A stretch of 64,000 bases of DNA from an uncultured Planctomycetaceae bacterium (lineage in GTDB: Bacteria; Planctomycetota; Planctomycetia; Pirellulales; PALSA-1355): the NCBI GenBank assembly GCA_963785305.1, contig CAWAUV010000008.1, positions 1,152,001 to 1,216,000 on the forward strand, written 5' to 3'. This document shows, one piece after another, positions 44,971-55,622 of the stretch. How positions within the stretch are numbered: position 1 is the first letter of the stretch; the number at the start of each line of letters is the position of its first letter. Below the pieces are notes generated by a model. The model had not been told where the DNA came from. It searched no databases and saw nothing but the letters and a program-made list of their open reading frames with translations. The position numbers were made by a program, and so were the translations under genes.

Positions 44971-45441
44971 GCGTGCTATCTCCCTGAATCGCGGAGCCCG
45001 GTCGGGGCCGTGGGGCCAGCCGACCGTGACCATCGAAACAACATCGCACCAACTCTCGGTCCCTTCGGTAATCGGAATCCGCGCAGTCGACGGAACAGGA
45101 ATAATCGACAGAATCCGAAAATCCACGGCACCTACCCCAAATTCGCGCGGGTCGAGCCCCGCGCCGGCATTACTGGCTACCGCGCGCCGCTCGTCGAGCG
45201 CGGTTCTCGTCGGGGGGCGAGCACTCGCGAAATCAAACCAGGAAACACGGACCGGCGAGATGATTTTTCGCACATAAAACGTGGCGGCGGCTTGCCTTTT
45301 GGCTGGAGGCGCGTAAAAAAGGGGGGCATGGCCGGGAGAGGCTTTCGACACCCCGGAGATCGTCGCGATTTGGGGCGGCGATCCGCCCCCGGGTTCTCTT
45401 CCCCGCTTCAACTTTTTACTTCTGCTGGCAGGAGCTTCGCT

Positions 45442-46495
45442 ATGACTTCGCCGCTCGAATCGCTGATCGCCTGTGGGACGAAACTTTGGCTCGATTCGAT
45501 CGACCCGGAACTGGTGGCCCGCGACCATGCGCTGGGCGCCTCGGGCGCGACCTCGAATCCGATCATCGTTTCCGACCTGATCAAGACGGGGCGATTCGAT
45601 CGCGATCTCGACGAATTCATTTCCCAGAAGCTCAGCGACGAGCAGATCGCTTGGCAAATGACCGACAAGCTGGTGCGGCAAGCGCAGGCGGTCTTTTTGC
45701 CGGTGAATCGCAAAACCCAGGGCAACGACGGCTATGTGAGCTTCGAGCTTGATCCGCTGTTGGAAGACGCCGACGCGCCGCCGCAAGCCGAGCGGGTCAA
45801 GCGGTATGTCGAGTTGGGCAAGCAATGGTCGGCTGGCCACGAAAACCGCATGATTAAAATCCCCGCCACTCCGGCCGGCATCGAAGCGATCGAGCCGCTC
45901 ACGGCTCACGGCGTGACCCTGAATGTAACCCTGATTTTTTCGCCGCGGCAATATCGCGCCGCGCGCGACGCGGCCTGGCGCGGCGCAGCGTCACGGCAAG
46001 CTCGAGCGCTTCAAGAGCGTGTACAGCATTTTCGTGTCCCGGGTCGATGTTTACACCGAGCAGCATGTGCCCAAGCTCTCGGCCGCGGCCCAAGGCCAGG
46101 TGGGCATCGTCGGCGCCAAGCGCATCTGGGCCGAGAATCGCGAGTTTTGGAAGGACAAGGGCCTCAAGCTCGATCAGGAATTGATCTTCGCCAGCACCGG
46201 CACGAAGAAGCCGAGCGACCCGGCCTGGAAATATGTCGCCGCGTTTGCCGGCAGCGACATCGAGACCAATCCGCCCGGAACCAACGCCGCGGTGCAGAAG
46301 AGTGGCCGCACCTTCGACCGCGAGATCGATAAATTGCCCCCCGCCGAAGTGCTTGCCGAGATCGACCGGCTGGTCGATATGCAGCATCTGGAGCGCACGC
46401 TCATGGAAGAGGGGCTCAAGAAATTCGCCGACCCGCAAAAGGCGCTGTTGAAACTGATCAAGGAAAAGCGATCCTCGCTTTCGGCCGCCCGCTGA
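45442..46495 (+). CDS. tal: Transaldolase; frameshift near 45985
   Basis: [27 protein letters not shown] (Schiff-base Lys), [30 protein letters not shown]. Confidence 0.93.
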
Positions 46496-46691
46496 AATGG
46501 GGCCGCCGCGCGACGCGCGATTCGCGACGGGCGATTCGCGACGGGCGTCGTTTCGCCGAGGGGTTGGCCGGTCGCACGCCGGCGAGCATTCTGCTACGAT
46601 CGTCGTCGCGTGTCGCGGGGTCCGCGCGCCCGGCATGCGTGTTCGGCGGGCTTCATTCATTGCGCATTTCCTTGCAGGAGTTCCTTGTCCC

Positions 46692-48890
46692 ATGGTGCTC
46701 GATCCTTACGCTTCCTGTCCCGGCGGCGCCGCCAAGAAGATCAAATTCTGTTGCCCCGACCTTGTCACCGAACTCGACAAGCTCGAACGGATGCTCCAGG
46801 GCGATCAGCGAGCCGCCGCGCTTGAGTTTGTCGAGGCCTCCCTTAGGAAGCATCCGGACCGGGCCTGCTTGCTTTCGTTCAAGGCGATGCTCGAATCCGA
46901 GCTCAAGAGCGTCGGCGCCGCCGAGGCCACCGCGGCTCACATGCTCGAGCTGTATCCCGACAACCCCGTAGCGCTGGCCGAGCTTGCAATCATCAGTTCG
47001 GCCAAGAGTGATGCGCTCGGCGCCGTCGATTATCTGCAGAAGGCGTTCGATGGCCTTGGCCAAGACGATGTGCCGCATCAAGTCTATTCGGCTACCGGCT
47101 TGGTGGCCGACCGGTTGCTGCGCGGCGGTTATTATCTCGCGGCTCGCGGACACCTGCTCATGCAGCTTGCCTTCTCCCAAGGGCAAGACGAGCAAGTGCT
47201 CAACCTTCTCTCGCGAATCAACATGATCGCCGAGATTCCGCTGTTGCTCAAACAAGAGTTCAACCTCGACTTGCCGGAGACCGAACCCGACCGTTGGCCG
47301 GTCGATCCGGCGTCGAAGGCCGCCTGCAAAGCCGCGATCGAAGCCGGCTTTCGCGGCTCGTGGCGCAAGGCGGCGGATCAGCTTGCCGCCATTGGCCAGA
47401 CCGCTGGCGCGTGGCCCGGCATCGAACGCAACCAGGCGATTCTGCGGGGCTGGGTGGCCGATCATCCGGCGGCGTGCGCGGCGTGGCGCGCCCTTGCGGC
47501 ATCGCCGCGCGTGTCGGAAGACGAGGCCGCGGAAGCGCTCGCGCTCGCCTCGCTGCTCGATCCCGAGACCGTCGACCAAACCGGCATTTTTCGCCGTCAC
47601 TATCCGGTCAAGGATTTCGAGGCGCTTTCGGCGAGGCTCTTTGCCCACGCGCAAACGCCGCGAATGCCCTACGATCTTTCGCAGTTCTCCGGCCCCGACG
47701 AGCCGGCGCCCAAGGGGGCGTTCTTCTTGCTCGACCGTCCCATGCCATCGGCGGAGGCCCCTTCCGACGGCGGGCCGCCCGACAGCATAGCGCTTGGCGA
47801 AATTCCCCGAATCGTCGGTCAAGTATTTCTTTATAGCCGCGAGACGGATCGCGACGCTCGGCTCGAAATGATCGCCTATGGCGACGAGCGCGAGGCGGCG
47901 CATCGCACCTTGTCGCTGGCGGCCGGCGATGCGATCGGCGTCGATTTTCAAGAAGAGCAAACCGGCGATGTTCCCACTTGGCGGCATTTGCTGAGTTGGA
48001 ACCTGCGATTGCCGGAAAAAACATCGACCGAGCGGCGAATCGAGTTGCTCGATGCCGAGCGGCGCGAGGCGGTGCTCGAGCGCTGGCCCCAGCGGCCGCT
48101 CCGCGAGCTCGCTGGCAAGACTCCGCTCGAAGCGGCCCAAGACCCGGCCGCTCGCGCTCGGCTGCTCGCGGCGATCTTGGTGATCGAGTCGAGCCCCGAA
48201 AACTCGATGAGCGATCTGGATTTCGACCTGCTCCGCGAGAAGCTCGGGCTCGGTCCGGCCGCTCTCGTCGACGCGAGCCAGTTCGTCGATGGGGCCGTTC
48301 CGCTGCCTCGCTTGTCGCGCGTGGCGCTCGACAAGCTCGACGATGAGTCGCTGTTCGAAAATCTGAATCGCGCCGTGATGATGCACCATCACCGGGCGCT
48401 CCGGCGTTTCGCGAGCGAATTGGTTCGGCGCCCCAGCGTGCCACTGGAGCGCAAGTCGCTGGCCCATGGGATGCTGGCCCAAATCGAGATCGATCCGCAC
48501 AAGGCGCTCTGGCATGTCGACGCGGCCCGCAAGGCGGCGGAAGCGGCCGGCCAATCATCGGCGGCCTGGGATGTGACCGAACTGAGTTTGCGTTTGGCGG
48601 CCAATGATATCGAAGCCTCGCAGCGATTGATGCTGCACATTCAGGCCGAGCACATCAATGAGCGCGGCGTGAAAGAGGCGCTGTTTCGAGTGCTCGTCGA
48701 AGCGGGGGTCATTGGCCCCGACGGACAGATGCCCGTCGCCGCCGCGAAAACTCCGGCCGGCTCGGGGCTGATTGTGCCCGGCGCGGCCTCGGCTTCAAGC
48801 GAAACCTCGGGCGGCGGCAAGCTCTGGACTCCCGGCGCCGAGCCGGCGCAAGGCGCGAAAAAATCGGCGATCTGGACTCCCGGAAGCTAG
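46692..48890 (+). CDS. Helical/TPR-like hypothetical protein with N-terminal SEC-C-like motif
   Basis: DPYASCPGGAAKKIKFCC; C-terminal repeats of (L/I)WTPG. Confidence 0.75.
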   Translation: MVLDPYASCPGGAAKKIKFCCPDLVTELDKLERMLQGDQRAAALEFVEASLRKHPDRACLLSFKAMLESELKSVGAAEATAAHMLELYPDNPVALAELAIISSAKSDALGAVDYLQKAFDGLGQDDVPHQVYSATGLVADRLLRGGYYLAARGHLLMQLAFSQGQDEQVLNLLSRINMIAEIPLLLKQEFNLDLPETEPDRWPVDPASKAACKAAIEAGFRGSWRKAADQLAAIGQTAGAWPGIERNQAILRGWVADHPAACAAWRALAASPRVSEDEAAEALALASLLDPETVDQTGIFRRHYPVKDFEALSARLFAHAQTPRMPYDLSQFSGPDEPAPKGAFFLLDRPMPSAEAPSDGGPPDSIALGEIPRIVGQVFLYSRETDRDARLEMIAYGDEREAAHRTLSLAAGDAIGVDFQEEQTGDVPTWRHLLSWNLRLPEKTSTERRIELLDAERREAVLERWPQRPLRELAGKTPLEAAQDPAARARLLAAILVIESSPENSMSDLDFDLLREKLGLGPAALVDASQFVDGAVPLPRLSRVALDKLDDESLFENLNRAVMMHHHRALRRFASELVRRPSVPLERKSLAHGMLAQIEIDPHKALWHVDAARKAAEAAGQSSAAWDVTELSLRLAANDIEASQRLMLHIQAEHINERGVKEALFRVLVEAGVIGPDGQMPVAAAKTPAGSGLIVPGAASASSETSGGGKLWTPGAEPAQGAKKSAIWTPGS

Positions 48891-49011
48891 GGAATGGCAT
48901 GGCGCGCGGCCATCGTGTCGGTCGATCTTGTTGAACACCATGTTGCTTGACGGGCGTCGGCGGCCGAACTTGAGGTCGCGCGTGCTGGGGCTCGGACCGG
49001 AGTGCGTTTCG

Positions 49012-51128
49012 ATGCATGCGATGCCGCTGATGATCGGCGTGTTGGCCGCGCTAGCCGTGGCCTACCGGTTCTATAGCGCTTTTCTCGCGGCCCGCGTGGC
49101 GGTGCTCGACGACAGTCGCCCGACGCCGGCGGTCATGCTTAACGACGGGCAGAATTATCATCCGACCCATCCCTGGGTGCTATTCGGTCATCATTTCGCC
49201 GCCATCTCCGGCGCGGGACCCTTGATCGGGCCGGTGCTCGCGATTCAATTCGGCTTCTTGCCTGGACTGCTCTGGATCGTGGTTGGCGTGTGTTTGGCCG
49301 GGGCGGTGCAAGATATGCTCGTGATGGCCGCTTCCGTGCGCCATGGCGGCCGCTCGCTCGCCGAGATTGCCCGGGCCGAGATTGGGCCGGTGGCCGGCGC
49401 CACGGCGTCGATCACGATTTTATTCGTGGTCGTGATCGCGCTGGCGGGGCTGGGGCTCGTGGTGGTCAAAGCGCTGGGCGGCGAGGAGGTGGGGCTTGCC
49501 GAACACACGCGGCTCGAAGCCCCCAGCGGCCAGCGTCCGAGGATCGTGAGCGAGGACGGCAGCCGGCCGCGGGCCGTGCTCGAAGCCCCGGGCAACACGC
49601 GAATTCATTATCCGAGCGGGTCGAGCGTGGTGCGAAGCGAGCCGTTTCGCATTGCCCTGCCGCATGCGATGTCGCTCGAAGCGGCCCAGCGACTGGCCGC
49701 GGAAGACTCGGCGGATTTGCCGGCGGGCTCGGCCCAAATCATTTCGGGCAGTAGCTGGGGCACGTTTACCATCGCCGCCACGGTGCCGATCGCGCTCGTC
49801 GTGGGGCTCTACATGCAACGTCTCCGCAAGGGACGCGTTGTCGAGGCCTCGGCCCTGGGCGCGGTGGCGGTGCTGGCGGCCACGGTCGTCGGCGGCTGGG
49901 TGCCGGGCTCGGCTTTCGAATCCTGGTTTTCGCTGAGTCGCGAGACGACGATCATCGCGATCTGCAGCTACGGTTTCATCGCCTCGGTGTTGCCGGTGTG
50001 GCTGCTCCTCGCGCCGCGCGATTACTTGTCGAGCTTCCTCAAGATCGGCACGATCGCGCTGATTGTCGTGGCGGTGCTCGTGGCCGACCCGAAGCTTTCG
50101 GCCCCGAGCGTGAATCCGTATTTCATCTCGGGAGGCGGTCCCTATTTCAAGGGCGCGCTGTTTCCCTTTTGTTTCATCTGCATCATGTGCGGCGCCATCT
50201 CGGGATTTCATGCCTTGGTCGCCTCGGGCACCACGCCCAAGATGATCCAGCGCGAAAGCCATGTGCGTCCGATCGGCTACGGCGCGATGCTCATCGAAGG
50301 GCTCGTGGCGGTCGTGGCCTTGATTGCCGCGGCGGCGCTGCCGCAAGAAGACTATTGGGCAATCAACATCGATTTGAAGAAGGTCAACGACTACGCCGAA
50401 ACACTCGCCAAGATGGGCGCCGACCACGACAATCTCGCCACGATCGAACAGCAGATCGGCGGCGAGACACTGCGCGGACGAACCGGCGGCGCGGTCACGC
50501 TCGCGGTCGGCATGTCGCGGGTCTTCACGCAAGCCGCGCGGCGCGTGTCCGGCGACGCGGTCGACCTGGGCGGCGTGATCAAGTATTGGTACCACTTCGC
50601 GATCATGTTCGAGGCGCTGTTCATTCTCACCACGATCGACGCCGGCACGCGCATTGCCCGCTTCTTGTTTCAAGAAGCGCTCGGCAAGGTTTATAAGCCG
50701 TTCGAGCGCGCCGATTGGCTGCCCGGCGCCTTGTTCGCCACGGCGGTCGTCACGCTGGGCTGGGGCGGATTGATCGCCACCGGCTCGATCGACACGATCT
50801 GGCCCATGTTCGGCATCGCGAATCAAATGCTGGCGATCATCGCCCTGTGCGTGGTGACGACGGTGATGACCAATTCCGGACGGGGGCGATATGCGCCCAT
50901 CACGCTGCTGCCGATGGCGTTCATCGTGTCGACCACGGTCACGGCCGCGTATCAAATGGTCACGGGCCCGTTTTGGGTGATGATTCGCGAGGGGCATCGC
51001 GTGGGCAACCGGCGCAATTCATCACCGGCAGTCTCAATGCCGCGTTTATCGTGTTGATCGTGATCGCGGTGGGCGTGATTTTGTTTTCGTCGATCGCCCG
51101 CTGGTTCTCGCCGAAGCCTTCCAAATAA
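49012..51128 (+). CDS. cstA: Carbon starvation protein A family transporter; frameshift near 51005
   Basis: TPA..NDG, LFGHHFAAISGAGPLIGP, LPVWLLLAPRDYLS, CGAISGFH, GRTGGAVTLAVG, FEALFILTTIDAGTR, IWPMFGIANQ. Confidence 0.94.
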
Positions 51129-51407
51129 GTGGCGGACTCCTTGGCGACAGGGCGCCGCGGGGCTTGGCGAAATGCGACGAATTGTCGGGGGCCGATTTGG
51201 CCCGAAGAACTGCTCTTTTCGGCCGAAATGGCCGGCGCGGGCATTGCGCGAGACGATAAATTCGACTTTTTTTGTTCGCCCTCGGGAATAACGTCGCTTT
51301 GCCAGCCATCTTTCTTTAGGAGAGGACGCCGCGCCGTTTTTCGGTCGCCGGGCTCCCGAGTTGATTTCATTGCACCCTTGGTATGTTCGAGAAAAGGATC
51401 CAAGATC

Positions 51408-51668
51408 ATGAAGAAGTTTTGCTTTCTGTCGGCCGTGTTGGGTTTGAGCCTCGCGATTGTCGGCTGCGAAAGCCCGGCGCAAAAGAAGGAAGACGCGGCG
51501 AAGCAGGAGATCAAGGCCGACGCTAAGGAAAAGGAAGCGATCGCCGAAGGCGACAAGAAGATGGAAGACGTGCAGGCCGACACACAGAAGGACGTCAACA
51601 AGGCCGAAGGCGACAAGGCCGCCGCCGAGCAGAAGGCCGAGAAGGCCGACGCCGAAGGCGCCAAGTAA
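51408..51668 (+). CDS. Small charged lipoprotein, 86 aa
   Basis: AAGGA RBS; MKKFCFLSAVLGLSLAIVG-C lipobox; Lys/Glu/Ala-rich helical body. Confidence 0.85.
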   Translation: MKKFCFLSAVLGLSLAIVGCESPAQKKEDAAKQEIKADAKEKEAIAEGDKKMEDVQADTQKDVNKAEGDKAAAEQKAEKADAEGAK

Positions 51669-52274
51669 CGCCGCGCAAGGCGGCGCCTTTGTCCAGTTGC
51701 TCGCCGAAATCGCCCCCAGTCAAACCGGGTAATCGATCTCGGAGTTGCGATCCAACGCGACAAAGTCTACTGATATTCGACAAGTCGACTGAAATTCAAC
51801 AAGGCGATGGACGGGCACATGATGCTTCATGGCCCTCCATCGCCTTGTTGTTTTTGGGGCGATGCTCGACTCGCCGCCGCGGTCCGCGAGCGCCGGCCGC
51901 GCGGCCAGATTGGCGCATCATCATTCAGCCGCGCCGTGGCACAATGCGGCTGATTGTTTAATTCTTGCTAAGGCGAAAAATAGAATCCTCGCCTCCCAGC
52001 CGCGATCAAAAGGCGCCTCTTCACGGGGGTTTTCAGCGATCGCGGCCCACTTCAGACGCTCGCCGCCGCACGCTTCCAAGCCCCGCTGGCCAATCACGGC
52101 GCCGGGGCCGGCGCATCAGTTGCTCGCAACCGCTTGGCATCGTTCAGCCCAGCATGCGGGCGGCTGCTGGCGCCCCTTCTCCGTGAGATCGTGTCCGACG
52201 AGTCAATCGCCCCACCCGGCGCTCTTGGAATGCGATCTCGCGACTTCCCCAGTTTTTGCATGAGGAGATTGTTG

Positions 52275-53216
52275 ATGAAACGCACCGTTTTCACTGGCGC
52301 ATTGGCTTTGGCCAGCGCCCTCGCGATCGTTGGTCCCGCGCGGGCCGACGACAACTCGAATTCCGACGTCGCGAAGCAGAATTCGCAAAATCAAGAAGCG
52401 AACGCCGATCGCGATCAAAAGCAAAATCGCGAACATCGCGATGCCCGCGCGAAAAACCGCGATAACGATCGCGATCGCGCTCGCAATGAGAATGCCCGCG
52501 GCGAGCGGCGCGATCGCCGTTCGAACTCGATGCAACCCGGCGACAATCAACGCTCGGCCAGCCAGCGCGGCGCCGACGAAGCCGCCGATTTCCTCGCCGG
52601 TTACTATGCGGGCTATGCCGAGGGATATTGCGACGGCAACGATGATTCGATTTACTACATCATCGACTTGCATCGCCAGAAACAGCGCGAGCAGCAAGCC
52701 GGTCAATCAGGCGCGTCGAGCGGCGCGAATGCATCCTCGCAAGCCGACAAGAATCGCTCCGACGAAGCGCGGGAGCGCGGTGATCGCGACAAGCTCTCGT
52801 CGCATCGACAGCGTGCCCGCGAGGCTGCCCGGCGCGGTCATCCGGCAAGCTCCACGAACAGCGATCAGTCGCGGCTGCTCGATGGTCGCGTGATCGAATC
52901 GTGGACCGCGCGTCAGGGACAGCGGCAGCACACCCTGGCTCGCGTGCGCGATGAAGCAGGCGACAGCGTGCTGGTGGATTTGGGACCGGCCAAGAATTTG
53001 CGCGATGTGCGAATCGAAGAAGGCGACGACATCGCGGTGCGTGGTTCGCGAGACGACGATGGGCGCCGATTCGTCGCCCGACAGGCTTGGATCAACGACG
53101 GTCCGACGCTCCAGATCGCGGCCGGCGATCAGGATCAGAAGAACAGCGACTCGGGCTCGGATTCGAATTCCAGCGCGAATCGCGAGGAGTCGCGCGAGCA
53201 CGACTCGCGACGCTAG
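52275..53216 (+). CDS. Secreted low-complexity protein with a putative C-terminal OB-fold
   Basis: GAGGAG RBS, signal peptide ending ARA-DD; GYYAGYAEGY segment; LDGRV..VLVDLGP..GDDIAVRG..FVARQ. Confidence 0.7.
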   Translation: MKRTVFTGALALASALAIVGPARADDNSNSDVAKQNSQNQEANADRDQKQNREHRDARAKNRDNDRDRARNENARGERRDRRSNSMQPGDNQRSASQRGADEAADFLAGYYAGYAEGYCDGNDDSIYYIIDLHRQKQREQQAGQSGASSGANASSQADKNRSDEARERGDRDKLSSHRQRAREAARRGHPASSTNSDQSRLLDGRVIESWTARQGQRQHTLARVRDEAGDSVLVDLGPAKNLRDVRIEEGDDIAVRGSRDDDGRRFVARQAWINDGPTLQIAAGDQDQKNSDSGSDSNSSANREESREHDSRR

Positions 53217-53245
53217 GCAGTAAGGCCCCGACTCGGTAAAAAACG

Positions 53246-53288
53246 AAGCTGGGTCGAAAGGCGATGTGCTTTTCGACCCAGCTTTTTT
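53246..53288. terminator. Probable bidirectional intrinsic terminator between convergent genes
   Basis: 14-bp perfect stem AAGCTGGGTCGAAA (53246-53259) / TTTCGACCCAGCTT (53271-53284), T-run downstream, A-run upstream. Confidence 0.8.
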
Positions 53289-53331
53289 ATCGTTCCTCGA
53301 TACCTTGCCGACCTCATGGCCGGAGAGGTTC

Positions 53332-53784
53332 CTAGCAGCGGGCAAGTTGCGAATTGCCCGGTGGCATTTCAGCGTGTCGGCTCGGGTTGTCGTAGTGATT
53401 ATGATTGTGGTTGTGGTTGTGGTTGTGATTGGAAGCTGCCCCGGTTCGCTCCGCGTCGGCAGCGAGTTCCTGAGCGAAGAACTCGTTGACCTGACAGCCG
53501 TAGAGCGTCGCGATCACGGCCAAATCGCTGGCAAAAGGTTCACGCGAACTGCGGCCGCCGCCTCGCTCCCAGGCGAGCAGCGTGCCGCGCTTGCATTCCA
53601 AGCCCAAGGCGGTCAGCTTCGAGGCGGCTTCTTTCACCGTCATGCCGGCTCGATTGCGAGCGGTTTTCAAGCCGCGCCCCAGCGAGGTTCGGCGGTCTAT
53701 GTCGAACGAAACTCGCGATTTGGGCCGCGTGCTTCCTTGGGGAGATTGAGTCGTGTCGATTGGAGAGTCCGTTGGGCGTTCCAT
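53332..53784 (-). CDS. XRE-family helix-turn-helix regulator with an (Asn-His)6 tail
   Basis: LGRGLKTARNRAGMTVKEAA..TLLAWERG..REP..LATLYGCQVNEFF. Confidence 0.8.
   Translation of the reverse strand: MERPTDSPIDTTQSPQGSTRPKSRVSFDIDRRTSLGRGLKTARNRAGMTVKEAASKLTALGLECKRGTLLAWERGGGRSSREPFASDLAVIATLYGCQVNEFFAQELAADAERTGAASNHNHNHNHNHNHYDNPSRHAEMPPGNSQLARC
53395..53430 (-). repeat. 6-bp coding microsatellite encoding (NH)6
   Basis: Plus strand GTGATT ATGATT GTGGTT GTGGTT GTGGTT GTGATT. Confidence 0.85.
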
Positions 53785-54379
53785 CTTGCACCTATGAATT
53801 AGGGAGGATCGTTTTCTCGGTAAAAGACCAACAACAGCCATTTGGCTACCCCAAACAGCTTTTGCAAATCGCAGGCCATTGGCGCCAACTATGGTCGCAT
53901 TTTGCGATCAATTTCCTGGTTTTAGTCGCAAGATGATTGCAATTCTGGCGTAGAGGCCAAGCTGGAGACGCACTGCCTTCGCGAAAGTCCCGGACAATTT
54001 GCCGCGATTTCTGGAAATTGCGTGTTCTGAGATATGCAATGGGATTGGTCGTTAAACGACCGAATTGGCGTTTTGACAGCCATTTCGGAGGTTGCTTCCC
54101 TCGCGAATCGACCCATTCGCGGCGGATTGGGAACTAGATGACGGCGTATGCCACGTGGCCCCAGGGCCTCACTGCCGCGAGTCGCCATTTCGACGCTTAA
54201 CCGCGAAAGCAAAAAGTTGCAATTTCCTGGCGCGGGCTGTTAGGCTAAACGGGCAGCGAGCTGCTCTCGAATTCCTTCCGCCGGTTCCCGCCCTATTTTG
54301 CAATGCCCCCAGCGCCCAAGTGGCTGCCCGGTCCCCTCGCCGTGCGCTCGGCCGCCGCTTTTTTCAAGGAGCAACGCAC

Positions 54380-55622
54380 GTGGTCCCATCGCTTGATCGT
54401 CGCGCGTTTTTGCGCGGCGCCGGTTTTTGTCTGGCCTTGCCGCTGTTGGACGCAATGCGCCCGGCGTTTGCCGCCGCGGCAAAGCTCCCACCCACGCCGC
54501 GGCGCATGGTGGCCATCGAAACCAACATGGGCATCTTGCCGCAGTTCTTCTTTCCGGAGAAAGCGGGGGCCGACTACTCGCTTTCGCCCTATCTCGAACG
54601 ATTGGCCGCGCATCGCCCCAACATGACCGTATTTTCCGGCGTGAGCCTGCCGGGCGTGACCGGTTCTCACGCGGCCGAGAAATGTTTCCTCACCGGCACT
54701 CCGCATCCCGAGCGGGGCGGATTTCGAAACTGGGTCTCGCTCGATCAATTCGCCGCCGAGCATATCGGCAGCCAAACGCGTTATCCATCGTTGGTTCTGG
54801 CCATGAGCAATGAATCGGGCCAAACACTGAGCTTCACCCGCGGCGGCGCCCCGATCTCGGCCGAGCGCAGCCCGAAGCGGCTCTTTCAGCAACTCTTCGT
54901 GCAGGGCAAGGCCGACGATGTGGAGGCCAGCATCGAGGCGCTGCGACAAGGGCGGAGCATGCTCGACTTCGTGAGTGAACAATCCCGGCGGCTCCAACGC
55001 TCGCTGTCGCCCGACGACCGGCGGCGCATGGATCAATATTTCACTTCGGTGCGCGATCTCGAACAGCGGTTCGCCAGTAGCGAAGCCTGGGAACACAAGC
55101 CCAAGCCGCAAGTGAGCGTCGCGCCGCCCGAGGATATCGACGATGCGCGAGTTCGCCAAAAGAACGGGTCTGATGTACGACGTGATGCGGCTCGCGCTCG
55201 AAACGGATTCAACGCGCCTCGTCTCGCTCTTCATCGACACCACCGTGATCCACAACCTCACGCATCACGGCAACCGGCCCGAGGTCATCGCGGAACTACG
55301 AGCCAAGGAAGAAAGTCAGTTCGATGTGTTGAACGGATTCCTGACTTCGCTCGCCGCGACGAAGGAAGACGGCGAATCGTTGCTCGATCGCACGATGGTG
55401 CTCTATGGAACCTGCATGGGCAGCGCGAATTCGCACTCGAACCAGAACCTGCCGGTGCTCTTGGTCGGTGGTGGGTTCAAGCATGGCCAGCATCTCGCGT
55501 TCGACACGCAAAACAACTATCCGCTCAGCAATCTCTATCTCTCGATGCTGCATCGCTTGGGCATCGAAACCTCGGAATTCTCCACCTCCAAGGGCACCAT
55601 GACCGGACTGGAGATGAGCTGA
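54380..55622 (+). CDS. DUF1552-family protein with twin-arginine-like leader; frameshift near 55147
   Basis: LDRRAFLRGAG..LALPLLDAM, SLDQ, P..LFQQLF, S.LDFV, YFTSVRDLE, LTHH, SLLDRT, NSH..NLP.LLVGG, PLSNLYLSML; AAGGAG RBS. Confidence 0.88.

Noticed and set aside
41520..54379. ncRNA, tRNA or riboswitch in the long spacers (41520-42073, 51669-52274, 53785-54379)
   Set aside because: No cloverleaf, T-loop or riboswitch consensus recognised by eye; an Rfam/tRNAscan run would be needed to exclude them.
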